Shown: positions 8,499-15,204 of the stretch, in pieces | Numbering within the stretch: position 1 is the first letter of the stretch | Layout: every line of letters starts with the position of its first letter | Source: a virus | Length of the DNA: 64,000 nucleotides | Strand: one strand, 5' to 3' | IMG/VR virus record: IMGVR_UViG_3300031578_000017 | Translations under genes and position numbers: made by a program | The notes under the pieces: generated by a model | Seen by the model: the letters and a program-made list of their open reading frames with translations, nothing else | Told to the model about the DNA's origin: nothing | Database searches by the model: none

Positions 8499-8531
8499 TG
8501 GCGTCCTCCCTGACAGTTAATTGCATTTATC

Positions 8532-8807
8532 TTACATCCTATGTATACCAGATAACTCTCCAGCATACTTGCGCTCTTCTTCAAGCATTGCCTGTTCTTT
8601 GGCAACCTGATCTACGGTCTTAATAATCGGACCCTTAATAAAGGTTTTCATATATCCTGACTGCACCAAATCAGACTTAGTCAACGCGAATCTGCTACGT
8701 CGAAATCCAAACACTTTGGTAAGTTTAAGATCTGCTAATTCTGCCTTTTTCTTTCGTTGTGTAGCCAAGTCCAGATGAGAGAGTTTCGGTCTTCCACGTT
8801 TAGCCAT
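8532..8807 (-). CDS. basic hypothetical protein (AT-hook-like KRGRPK N-terminus)
   Basis: 91 aa; promoter GAT-TTGCTT-N17-TATATA-CCTT at 8851-8886. Confidence 0.6.
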   Translation of the reverse strand: MAKRGRPKLSHLDLATQRKKKAELADLKLTKVFGFRRSRFALTKSDLVQSGYMKTFIKGPIIKTVDQVAKEQAMLEEERKYAGELSGIHRM

Positions 8808-8891
8808 TTTCTTACCCCTGACTTGGACAACCCCTATTGGTTGCCGCTAAAAGGTATATACATTCTTGCACATCTTTAAGCAAATCTGTTT

Positions 8892-9164
8892 TTACTTTGT
8901 TTGAATTTTATGTACCTTTCCTTTGAATTTGACTTCCAACAATCCCTCAATTGGTATCATTCTATATCCAACTTTGTGCATATCAAATACTCCAATGAGA
9001 TCGTGTTCACTTGGCACATAATTCAACTTCTCACCTTTTGTGTATTTTCTCACACCAAGGCGTCCAACAAGAACACGCCTTTCTCCTGTGCTACGTTTGA
9101 TAAATGTAGCACGGAAGATCTTGCCGTGTGTACTACGGATTACGTCGGGAAGTGATTGTTTCAT
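8892..9164 (-). CDS. SH3/WYL-like beta-barrel phage protein
   Basis: IFRATFIKRSTGERRVL...VFDM.K.GYRMI pattern. Confidence 0.55.
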   Translation of the reverse strand: MKQSLPDVIRSTHGKIFRATFIKRSTGERRVLVGRLGVRKYTKGEKLNYVPSEHDLIGVFDMHKVGYRMIPIEGLLEVKFKGKVHKIQTK

Positions 9165-9382
9165 TTGTCACCCTTTCTTTGTATTTCACTACTCAAATCT
9201 TTTCTAAGTCTTCCATTTTCTTCCATCAATCTTGTTTTTTCTTCAAGCAATTCTGCAACAAAAACAGCTAATTCATATTCACAATATTCAGGATCGCTAA
9301 TTGCACCATCTGCTATAAGAACCATATTCTCCATCACATACCTTTTACTGTTTAATGTGAATGCAAAATTCGCTTTATCCAT
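9161..9382 (-). CDS. hypothetical protein
   Basis: 73 aa, coupled to the next gene. Confidence 0.5.
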   Translation of the reverse strand: MDKANFAFTLNSKRYVMENMVLIADGAISDPEYCEYELAVFVAELLEEKTRLMEENGRLRKDLSSEIQRKGDK

Positions 9383-9387
9383 TTTTC

Positions 9388-9636
9388 TTATCCTTTCAAA
9401 TCGCCCATTTTGTCTAACACCACCACATCGCCGTAAATCAACATTCCAACCAAATCAGATGCTTTTGTGTTTACTTCTGGATGAATTTTAAGTTTAGCTT
9501 CCTCATCTACAAGCATAAACTTTTTCTTTGGAAGTTTAATAACTTCGACGTAACCTTTCACAATACCTTGAGCTTCTTTCAAAGTAATAGTGTCTCCAGT
9601 TTGTACTTCACCACTTGTTTTTAGAATCCTATACAT
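9388..9636 (-). CDS. DUF3846-like protein
   Basis: TLKEAQGIVKGYVEVI...MLVDEEAKLK...VN..AS...IYGDVVV. Confidence 0.65.
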   Translation of the reverse strand: MYRILKTSGEVQTGDTITLKEAQGIVKGYVEVIKLPKKKFMLVDEEAKLKIHPEVNTKASDLVGMLIYGDVVVLDKMGDLKG

Positions 9637-9644
9637 TGCTCCTC

Positions 9645-9959
9645 CTAGAAAAATGGCAAATGGTTTTCCTTAGAAATCTTGTGCAACTCTGCAAACAATT
9701 TGCAGGACGCTTCATTCCTCATATCACAGTAACCTTTTTCATATTGATCTGCATAAAACGATATGATTTTCTGTATAAATCTTGCCATACTTTGTTGGTG
9801 AGTAGGATGTTGCCTGTTAATCATTTCAAAAATTTTAGCTAACGATTCGCTATCACCATTCCCAAAATTACGTATAGCACATTGATCAAACAGAATCTTA
9901 AAAGCTATCTCTGTTTGGTTCGCTGGTGTTAAATCATTTAGTGCTTTTTCCAAATCCAT
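9645..9959 (-). CDS. hypothetical protein
   Basis: 104 aa, AAGGAG RBS; promoter GAC-TTGTGT-N17-TTTAAT-ACCTA at 9988-10023. Confidence 0.65.
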   Translation of the reverse strand: MDLEKALNDLTPANQTEIAFKILFDQCAIRNFGNGDSESLAKIFEMINRQHPTHQQSMARFIQKIISFYADQYEKGYCDMRNEASCKLFAELHKISKENHLPFF

Positions 9960-10090
9960 GTTGCTCTCCTTTAAACCCTTAACCCATAGGTATTAAACAC
10001 TCTACACCGTTTCAACACAAGTCTTAAGTTAAATTGTTTGAAATTAAGGTCACGCCAGCAGCCTAATCGAAGCGACTAGGGGCAGTAAAC

Positions 10091-10381
10091 CTAGTCCCTA
10101 CTGGCGTGACCACTCTCCCTTGGGTAATGAAAGGGTCTAGAATCGGTATCGTTTGGATCTTCTAACTTTATATCACTTCCAGGAACTTGTTGCCATTTTT
10201 CACCACCCAATAATTCTTGTAAGACTATAACTGTTATCTTTTCATTATTTGTTGTGTCTGCCATCATTCTAAATATACGCAAAACTCCTTGGTCACAACA
10301 CATTTCATCACACAAGGTTGGTTTATCTTCAGAAGTATATGTTAAACCATCTTCCGTTTGATACATATAAATTGTTTTCAT
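10091..10381 (-). CDS. hypothetical protein
   Basis: 96 aa, GAGG RBS. Confidence 0.6.
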   Translation of the reverse strand: MKTIYMYQTEDGLTYTSEDKPTLCDEMCCDQGVLRIFRMMADTTNNEKITVIVLQELLGGEKWQQVPGSDIKLEDPNDTDSRPFHYPRESGHASRD

Positions 10382-10697
10382 TTTGCCTCTCCCATTGGTT
10401 CCTAGACAACTTTAAACCTTGCACTACCTGCCATACACAAACGGTTTAGAATATACTCCACGACACAGCTAAATAGTCGTTGATAACCATTTTATTGTTA
10501 GGCACAGCACATATAATGTACAAATTATTTCATTTTCCATCTTAAGCAAGAATGTGTTTCTACGTGAACTTTATTCGTGATCTTGCATTTTATCCAATTA
10601 ATGGGTCTATTAAACCATTTAGGATCAACATATCCAACAACATCTTTGTGATATTTGCAGTATCTACATATTTTTCTCATTTCGTTATTCCTTTAAG

Positions 10698-10770
10698 TGC
10701 GTTCGGTGGGGTTCGAACCCACGACCAACGGATTAAAAGTCCGCTACTCTACCAACTGAGCTACGAACGC
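10698..10770 (-). tRNA. tRNA-Lys(UUU)
   Basis: cloverleaf; anticodon arm GCGGA-CTTTTAA-TCCGT; GGTTCGAACC T-arm; no encoded CCA. Confidence 0.95.
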
Positions 10771-10776
10771 AGAACT

Positions 10777-10852
10777 TGGCATCCTCGGCAGGACTCGAAC
10801 CTGCAACCTACAGATTAGAAATCTGTTGCACTATCCATTGTGCTACGAGGAC
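10777..10852 (-). tRNA. tRNA-Arg(UCU)
   Basis: ACAGA-TTTCTAA-TCTGT; ends in GCCA. Confidence 0.95.
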
Positions 10853-10854
10853 AC

Positions 10855-10926
10855 AGCCACCTTCAGGACTCGAACCTGAAACCCCCGCATTACAAATGCG
10901 GAGCTCTACCATTGAGCTAAGGTGGC
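10855..10926 (-). tRNA. tRNA-Thr(UGU)
   Basis: CCGCA-TTTGTAA-TGCGG; GGTTCGAGTCC T-arm. Confidence 0.95.
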
Positions 10927-10928
10927 AA

Positions 10929-11231
10929 TTAATCTTCTTCCTCGTCGTTATCTTCATTATCTACAATTTTCTTTCTACAATCTTCTACAACATTCTTATC
11001 TTCTGTCTGTTTTTCAACTTCTGTCAAATCTTCATATTGTCTCAAAAAATCTCCTAAGATAGGAGCTAATTTAATTGTTTCATTATAAATAAGATCTTGT
11101 TCATCTTCTATATCTAATTTATTTATAAGTTTCCTAACTCTGAATTTAAAATCTGCTTTTAATGCTGAAAGTTTAGTTAAATATTCTGTTCCATTTATAG
11201 ATTTGTATCTTACAACTTTAACAATTTTCAC
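10929..11231 (-). CDS. hypothetical protein, acidic C-terminus
   Basis: 100 aa, AAGGAG RBS plus GTG. Confidence 0.6.
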   Translation of the reverse strand: MKIVKVVRYKSINGTEYLTKLSALKADFKFRVRKLINKLDIEDEQDLIYNETIKLAPILGDFLRQYEDLTEVEKQTEDKNVVEDCRKKIVDNEDNDEEED

Positions 11232-11253
11232 TTTCTTCTCCTTCTAAATTTAA

Positions 11254-11321
11254 GGGACCACACACCTCGGATGACTGTGGAGGAGGGGTTTCCAGGGACG
11301 CCATCCTTAGTGTGTGGTCCC
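11254..11321 (-). ncRNA. candidate structured RNA with apical anti-SD-like loop
   Basis: 12-bp outer stem GGGACCACACAC/GTGTGTGGTCCC, inner GGATG/CATCC, loop contains ACCCCTCCTCC. Confidence 0.45.
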
Positions 11322-11395
11322 AATCTTGTATTCAAAGAACAACCTACCCTACTTACATACAACATTTCACAACCCACTCAACATAAATCCTTTTA

Positions 11396-12061
11396 CTAAA
11401 ACAAATAATCTTCAAGATATTCTGGATTATCATGATGTTTTGACATTCTTTCTTTTACTCTCAAAGTCAAACCAGATTTATTATCAAATTTTGAATATGG
11501 AATTTTTATAAATATATCTATAAACATTATATAAGAAACAATGAAATCAATATTTCTATATTTAATATTTTCTAAATTTGAATGTTTTGTTCCATTTATA
11601 CTTACTTTTTCTCCATCAAAATTACAATTCTTACATTGTATAATTTCAAAACTCCCATTAATGCTTGAAATAAAATCTACTTCAGAACTTTCATTCAGTG
11701 GAATAAATATTTCATATCCTAACTGTATAAATCTACTCTGACATTTAGATTCTATAAAACTTCCAAGATGAAAAGTAGTAATTTCTTTTCCAACTATAGA
11801 CTTTAATATGTTCCAATTTTCAAATTTTCGTTTTTCTTCTTCAGTCAACAATTTTCGTTTATCCCAACCCCAACAAGATTTTTCATCTATATCTAGAATA
11901 TATCTTAAACTTTGTATCTTTTCTACAGATACGCCGTAAAAATCAGCAACTTCTTGAAATGACATAAATTCAAAATCTTTTATCAATTGTTCTTTTATAA
12001 TTGGTCTATTTTCATTATTTAATTGATCAGATCTTAATTTGATTAATTCTTTGATATTCAT
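11396..12061 (-). CDS. free-standing PD-(D/E)xK homing endonuclease (I-Ssp6803I/PDDEXK_5-like) with N-terminal HTH
   Basis: GSFIE...F..LGYEIFIP...EVDFI...IIQCK; N-terminal FQEVADFYGVS HTH; GGAG RBS before ATG 12061. Confidence 0.7.
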   Translation of the reverse strand: MNIKELIKLRSDQLNNENRPIIKEQLIKDFEFMSFQEVADFYGVSVEKIQSLRYILDIDEKSCWGWDKRKLLTEEEKRKFENWNILKSIVGKEITTFHLGSFIESKCQSRFIQLGYEIFIPLNESSEVDFISSINGSFEIIQCKNCNFDGEKVSINGTKHSNLENIKYRNIDFIVSYIMFIDIFIKIPYSKFDNKSGLTLRVKERMSKHHDNPEYLEDYLF

Positions 12062-12076
12062 GATTTTCTCCAAAAA

Positions 12077-12155
12077 TGGTTGGAGCGGAGAGGATCGAAC
12101 CCTTCTACGGACAGGTGTTTATAAGACACCTCGAGTCAACCAGACTTTCGCTCCA
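12077..12155 (-). tRNA. atypical tRNA-Ile(UAU)
   Basis: TGGAGCG/CGCTCCA acceptor plus ACCA; GGTGT-CTTATAA-ACACC; GGTTCGATC T-loop; short D-loop, long variable region. Confidence 0.75.
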
Positions 12156-12214
12156 ATGTACCTACCTTATGTACACTTGCTCTAACCGTCTTAAAATAAT
12201 ATTTCTATACAATT

Positions 12215-12301
12215 TGGTGCTCCGGGAGGGAGTCGAACCCTCATGGTCGTAAGACCAACGGTTCTTAAGACCGTTGCGTATCCCAATTCCGCCACCGGAG
12301 C
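12215..12301 (-). tRNA. tRNA-Leu(UAA)
   Basis: ACGGT-CTTAAGA-ACCGT, long variable arm GGTC-TTAC-GACC, ends in ACCA. Confidence 0.95.
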
Positions 12302-12307
12302 AACAGA

Positions 12308-12508
12308 TCAACTCACATCAAACCATTTCATGCATGTCTGCAACAAATGATCATAATCACCATTCATTGCTTCTTCAGTAAATTCATCAATTTGTTCTTT
12401 AGTCAATCCTGCTTTCTTTGCTGCCGATGTACATGCTCCCAAAACAACAAAAGCGTTTCCATTTTGACCAACCAATTCTACTTCAACATGTGGAAACTTA
12501 ATTTCCAT
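12308..12508 (-). CDS. conserved phage hypothetical protein
   Basis: LVGQNGNAF..LG...GDYDHLL motif widespread in phages. Confidence 0.75.
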   Translation of the reverse strand: MEIKFPHVEVELVGQNGNAFVVLGACTSAAKKAGLTKEQIDEFTEEAMNGDYDHLLQTCMKWFDVS

Positions 12509-12537
12509 TTTATTCTCCTTTGGTAAGGTAACTTAAT

Positions 12538-12753
12538 TTATCTTGACTGCATTCGTTTTACGGCATCGTGGGGAGCCTGCATGTCAACGCTAGTTGGATG
12601 CTCCAATTCCGCGACGCGGGCCTCCAGTTCCATGATTCGTTTATCCCTCGGGTCTTCGGGTGCAGTCAGAGATGGATCATCCGCGCACGGACACCCTTTT
12701 TCGTGTAGATGTGAGTAGAACATGTCGCCAACGCCACACTTGCACTTTCCCAT
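12538..12753 (-). CDS. small Cys/His protein
   Basis: CKCG...HEKGCPC; AAGGAG RBS. Confidence 0.6.
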   Translation of the reverse strand: MGKCKCGVGDMFYSHLHEKGCPCADDPSLTAPEDPRDKRIMELEARVAELEHPTSVDMQAPHDAVKRMQSR

Positions 12754-12839
12754 CGGATTCTCCTTTTACGCCACTAAAGGCGTCAGGTAATTTCTCTTTC
12801 CGTCCGCCGTGCAACCGCTGCACGGCCACGTGGTTCCTC
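12754..12839 (-). repeat. structured intergenic element, copy B
   Basis: 49/55 identity to copy A with a compensatory A-U to C-G stem change; second hairpin ACGCC/GGCGT before SD. Confidence 0.8.
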
Positions 12840-12878
12840 ACTTTACATTGCACTCCCCGCGTTGCGAAATACAGGATC

Positions 12879-13115
12879 TTACGCCCCGTACCCGTCCCCG
12901 TCCCCGGACCCGTCCCCGTCCCCGTCCCCGTACCCGGACCCGGACCCGTACCCGTACCCGTACCCGTACCCGGACCCGGACCCGTACCCGTCCCCGTCCC
13001 CGTACCCGTACCCGGACCCGTCCCCGGACCCGTACCCGTACCCGTACCCGGACCCGTACCCGTCCCCGTCCCCGTACCCGTACCCGGACCCGTCAAGCGT
13101 TACTTGCATTTCCAT
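12879..13115 (-). CDS. Gly-Tyr/Gly-Asp/Gly-Ser dipeptide-repeat protein
   Basis: hexamer repeats GGGTAC/GGGGAC/GGGTCC at about 12885-13094; overlaps the end of the DUF6948-like gene, a pairing recalled from other phages. Confidence 0.65.
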   Translation of the reverse strand: MEMQVTLDGSGYGYGDGDGYGSGYGYGYGSGDGSGYGYGDGDGYGSGSGYGYGYGYGSGSGYGDGDGDGSGDGDGYGA

Positions 13116-13372
13116 TTCGATTCCTCCGATTCAATGACTGCAATCACCGCACGCATAGGAATTCGCACCGTAGTGATTGGATCAAGTTTGGTTTTTTTGG
13201 TCGGTCCGTTCTGCGCCAACTCGCCAAGCCCATTCGTGGTGCCCCAATATCGCACGTTGTTCGCGTTCGTCACAATGCACCACTCGGGCGTAATTTCTAA
13301 ATTCCCGACGTAGACGAATCCACGATCAGCGACTACGATCCCGAATCCTGCCAACACTTTTTTCTCGGTCAT
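13100..13372 (-). CDS. DUF6948-like protein
   Basis: IVVADRGFVYVG...NANNVRYWGTTNGLGELAQNGP. Confidence 0.7.
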   Translation of the reverse strand: MTEKKVLAGFGIVVADRGFVYVGNLEITPEWCIVTNANNVRYWGTTNGLGELAQNGPTKKTKLDPITTVRIPMRAVIAVIESEESKWKCK

Positions 13373-13474
13373 TACTCACGTCCTTTCCGCGCCTCGTAGG
13401 CGCAAGGTAATTTCCTTTGTAACCCCATGAAGTATAGGGGGTTGACCCCTGATACTTCATGGGGTTAGTTCCTC
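13373..13474 (-). repeat. structured intergenic element, copy C
   Basis: GAGGAAC + perfect 16-bp stem (13420-13435/13452-13467) + CAAAGGAAATTACCT + GCGCC-TACGA-GGCGC + AAAGGA. Confidence 0.75.
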
Positions 13475-13483
13475 CGGTTGACT

Positions 13484-13636
13484 CTAGTCGTTCACATCTG
13501 TATCTTTTGCCAATCGCTCTGCCCATTTACGGATATTTGGTTTCCTCTTTGGCCGTAACGCACATTTTAATAACATGGTTACTTCAGTATACTTCACTAA
13601 CCGCTTTCGTTTGCGAAGCCGATCCAAGGCATCCAT
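13484..13636 (-). CDS. small basic protein (not in ORF track)
   Basis: MDALDRLRKRKRLVKY..., 50 aa, AAGGAG RBS. Confidence 0.55.
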   Translation of the reverse strand: MDALDRLRKRKRLVKYTEVTMLLKCALRPKRKPNIRKWAERLAKDTDVND

Positions 13637-13674
13637 GCAGGCTCTCCTTTCGTAAAGGTAATTATGATTACCTT
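13637..13674 (-). repeat. reduced copy D of the structured element
   Basis: AAGGTAAT-CATA-ATTACCTT palindrome; CCTT-TACGA-AAGG hairpin over the SD. Confidence 0.55.
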
Positions 13675-13921
13675 ACATGTGAACCATCACCTGTCTTGCT
13701 GCTTCTCCACCTTTACCTGTGACTTTGCAAATCCCATCTTCAATTTCAACATAACCATAGTCTTTTAGAACATGTACAATTTTCAAACTCTCTTGAACTG
13801 TGCAATGCATTTCTCTTTTCAAAGTTATATATAAGTCCCTTAAAGATATAGATTTAGAAGATTTTCTATAAATTATTACAAGTATTGAAACAGTTGTGTA
13901 CATCATTTCTTCTGGTTTCAT
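13673..13921 (-). CDS. winged-helix protein
   Basis: SISLRDLY...LKDYGYVEI...CKVTGKG. Confidence 0.6.
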   Translation of the reverse strand: MKPEEMMYTTVSILVIIYRKSSKSISLRDLYITLKREMHCTVQESLKIVHVLKDYGYVEIEDGICKVTGKGGEAARQVMVHM

Positions 13922-13922
13922 T

Positions 13923-14165
13923 TCATGTACTCCAAACTATTTGGTTTTCATTATCTTTCAATATCTGTTGTTTATCTAACAAACTTAAGAAGTTAATTTC
14001 TGACTTAGCACGAACAGTTGCTTTCAAAAATTGTTCTGGTGTGATAACAGGATCCTCAGTATTCAACTGATTATTAATTTCCTCAATGACCCCAAGAACT
14101 ACTAGACACGAATCTATGTAGTTATCGTGTTGTATTTTGCTCTGGTCTATTCTTAATTTTATCAT
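13923..14165 (-). CDS. hypothetical protein
   Basis: 80 aa, coupled. Confidence 0.55.
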   Translation of the reverse strand: MIKLRIDQSKIQHDNYIDSCLVVLGVIEEINNQLNTEDPVITPEQFLKATVRAKSEINFLSLLDKQQILKDNENQIVWST

Positions 14166-14166
14166 G

Positions 14167-14895
14167 TTACCCCCTATGTGTTAAATCTTTACTGACACCC
14201 AAATCTACTTTTTCAGCCTCACGTTGGCCGTGACGGTAAGCATCACCATTCCATTCTCCACCGCTACACCTAGCCTTAGATTTTCTAAGATGTAACACGT
14301 CTTTACCATATTTTTCAATGGCATTTTTCTTTTCAAATATAACCATTTCATACTTTTGATTACCAGTAGTTTCTTTCTTAAAACTATCAATTTGTTCTTT
14401 AACACGATGATAAAGTCTATTAACAAATCCTTCCATAAAGCATCTTTGGGACGGCATATCGCTTCCATAAAATTGCTTAGACATTTTATAAATCTTTTCA
14501 TGAAGATAAAGATAGAGCTCTTTAGCAATTGACCTATCCCATTCAGTTCCGATATAACCTACTTGCCATAGTATAGAATTACCACTTCTATATACCTTAT
14601 TAAAGTATCCATTTGTTTCTGTTGCTGTTCCGATCACAACTATTAATGTCTTTTCCCAAGATGACATACTACTACGTTTCAATTCAAACACAATTTCATT
14701 TTCAATCTCAATACCAACCACTTTTTCTTGAGTATTGTCAATCGCAATCTCTGACATATCAAGATTGTGTTTTTGTAATAATTCCTGTGCCTTCTGCAAA
14801 GCTGCTTCTGCTTCTGATTCAGAAGAATTGCGGTCCTTGTTTCCAAGGTTAAACAACTTGCGGATTAAAGCAATTACTTCTTCTTTTGACTTCAT
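14167..14895 (-). CDS. DUF2786-domain protein
   Basis: IRKLFNLG...SESEAEAALQKAQELLQKHNL; F.EGFV..L; AY..G..E. Confidence 0.8.
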   Translation of the reverse strand: MKSKEEVIALIRKLFNLGNKDRNSSESEAEAALQKAQELLQKHNLDMSEIAIDNTQEKVVGIEIENEIVFELKRSSMSSWEKTLIVVIGTATETNGYFNKVYRSGNSILWQVGYIGTEWDRSIAKELYLYLHEKIYKMSKQFYGSDMPSQRCFMEGFVNRLYHRVKEQIDSFKKETTGNQKYEMVIFEKKNAIEKYGKDVLHLRKSKARCSGGEWNGDAYRHGQREAEKVDLGVSKDLTHRG

Positions 14896-14925
14896 TATTA
14901 CACTCCTTTAAACTTTTACTGCCCA

Positions 14926-14960
14926 AAGGTATAATATAATCTTAGGTATTCTAAAACAAC
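14926..14960 (-). promoter_or_regulatory. phage early promoter, ACCT family
   Basis: TTGTTT-N17-TATTAT-ACCTT. Confidence 0.7.
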
Positions 14961-14964
14961 TCTT

Positions 14965-15177
14965 TTAATTATTCATTTGACTGTTAATAAATTCTTCATA
15001 GATTTCTATCAAAAGTTTATCTTGTTGTTCTTGTGGTTGTGATTTAATTTCTAAAAGTCGTTCATTAGCGATCTTTAAGGCACTATCTATTCCTATCTTA
15101 TCTATTACTTCTTGAAACCTGCGTTTATATTCGTTCTTCATTTTTCCCCACGATGGGTGGAGTATGGTATACTCCAC
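14965..15177 (-). CDS. hypothetical protein
   Basis: 70 aa. Confidence 0.5.
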   Translation of the reverse strand: MEYTILHPSWGKMKNEYKRRFQEVIDKIGIDSALKIANERLLEIKSQPQEQQDKLLIEIYEEFINSQMNN

Positions 15178-15204
15178 CCATCCATTAAACTCACTGAAGA
15201 AATC

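Larger units (their letters stand above)
7170..8530. mobile_element. GC-rich horizontally acquired island 1 (four small ORFs)
   Basis: line 7561-7620 is 35/60 GC versus 15/60 for line 7021-7080; an RBS+ATG at about 7175 runs into AT-rich DNA and stops after about 12 codons; boundaries approximate. Confidence 0.6.
12520..13680. mobile_element. GC-rich island 2 (four small ORFs, three copies of the structured element)
   Basis: abrupt GC rise relative to flanks; boundaries approximate. Confidence 0.55.

Noticed and set aside
11396-12155. Group I intron in a tRNA hosting the PD-(D/E)xK gene
   Set aside because: All five tRNAs are complete and contiguous; no P7 core or split exon recognised
12885-13094. 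Possible CRISPR array
   Set aside because: Tandem 6-mers with no unique spacers; no cas genes
12660-13313. Long ORFs 12660-13313, 12677-13096, 12809-13300 and 12862-13137 (PV/TR/GT/PY repeats)
   Set aside because: Stop-free by-products of the hexamer repeat; they lack RBSs or run antisense to the operon
8004-13474. Assigning the repeated element to integron attC, hammerhead, c-di-GMP-I or group II domain V
   Set aside because: No consistent RYYYAAC/GTTRRRY ends or integrase, no CUGANGA core, no P2/P3 tetraloop-receptor layout, no AGC/CGC triad stem; resemblances are only partial
13326-13526. 66-aa ORF spanning element C
   Set aside because: Overlaps both neighbours out of frame and crosses a perfect 16-bp stem; a short MKYQG uORF cannot be fully excluded
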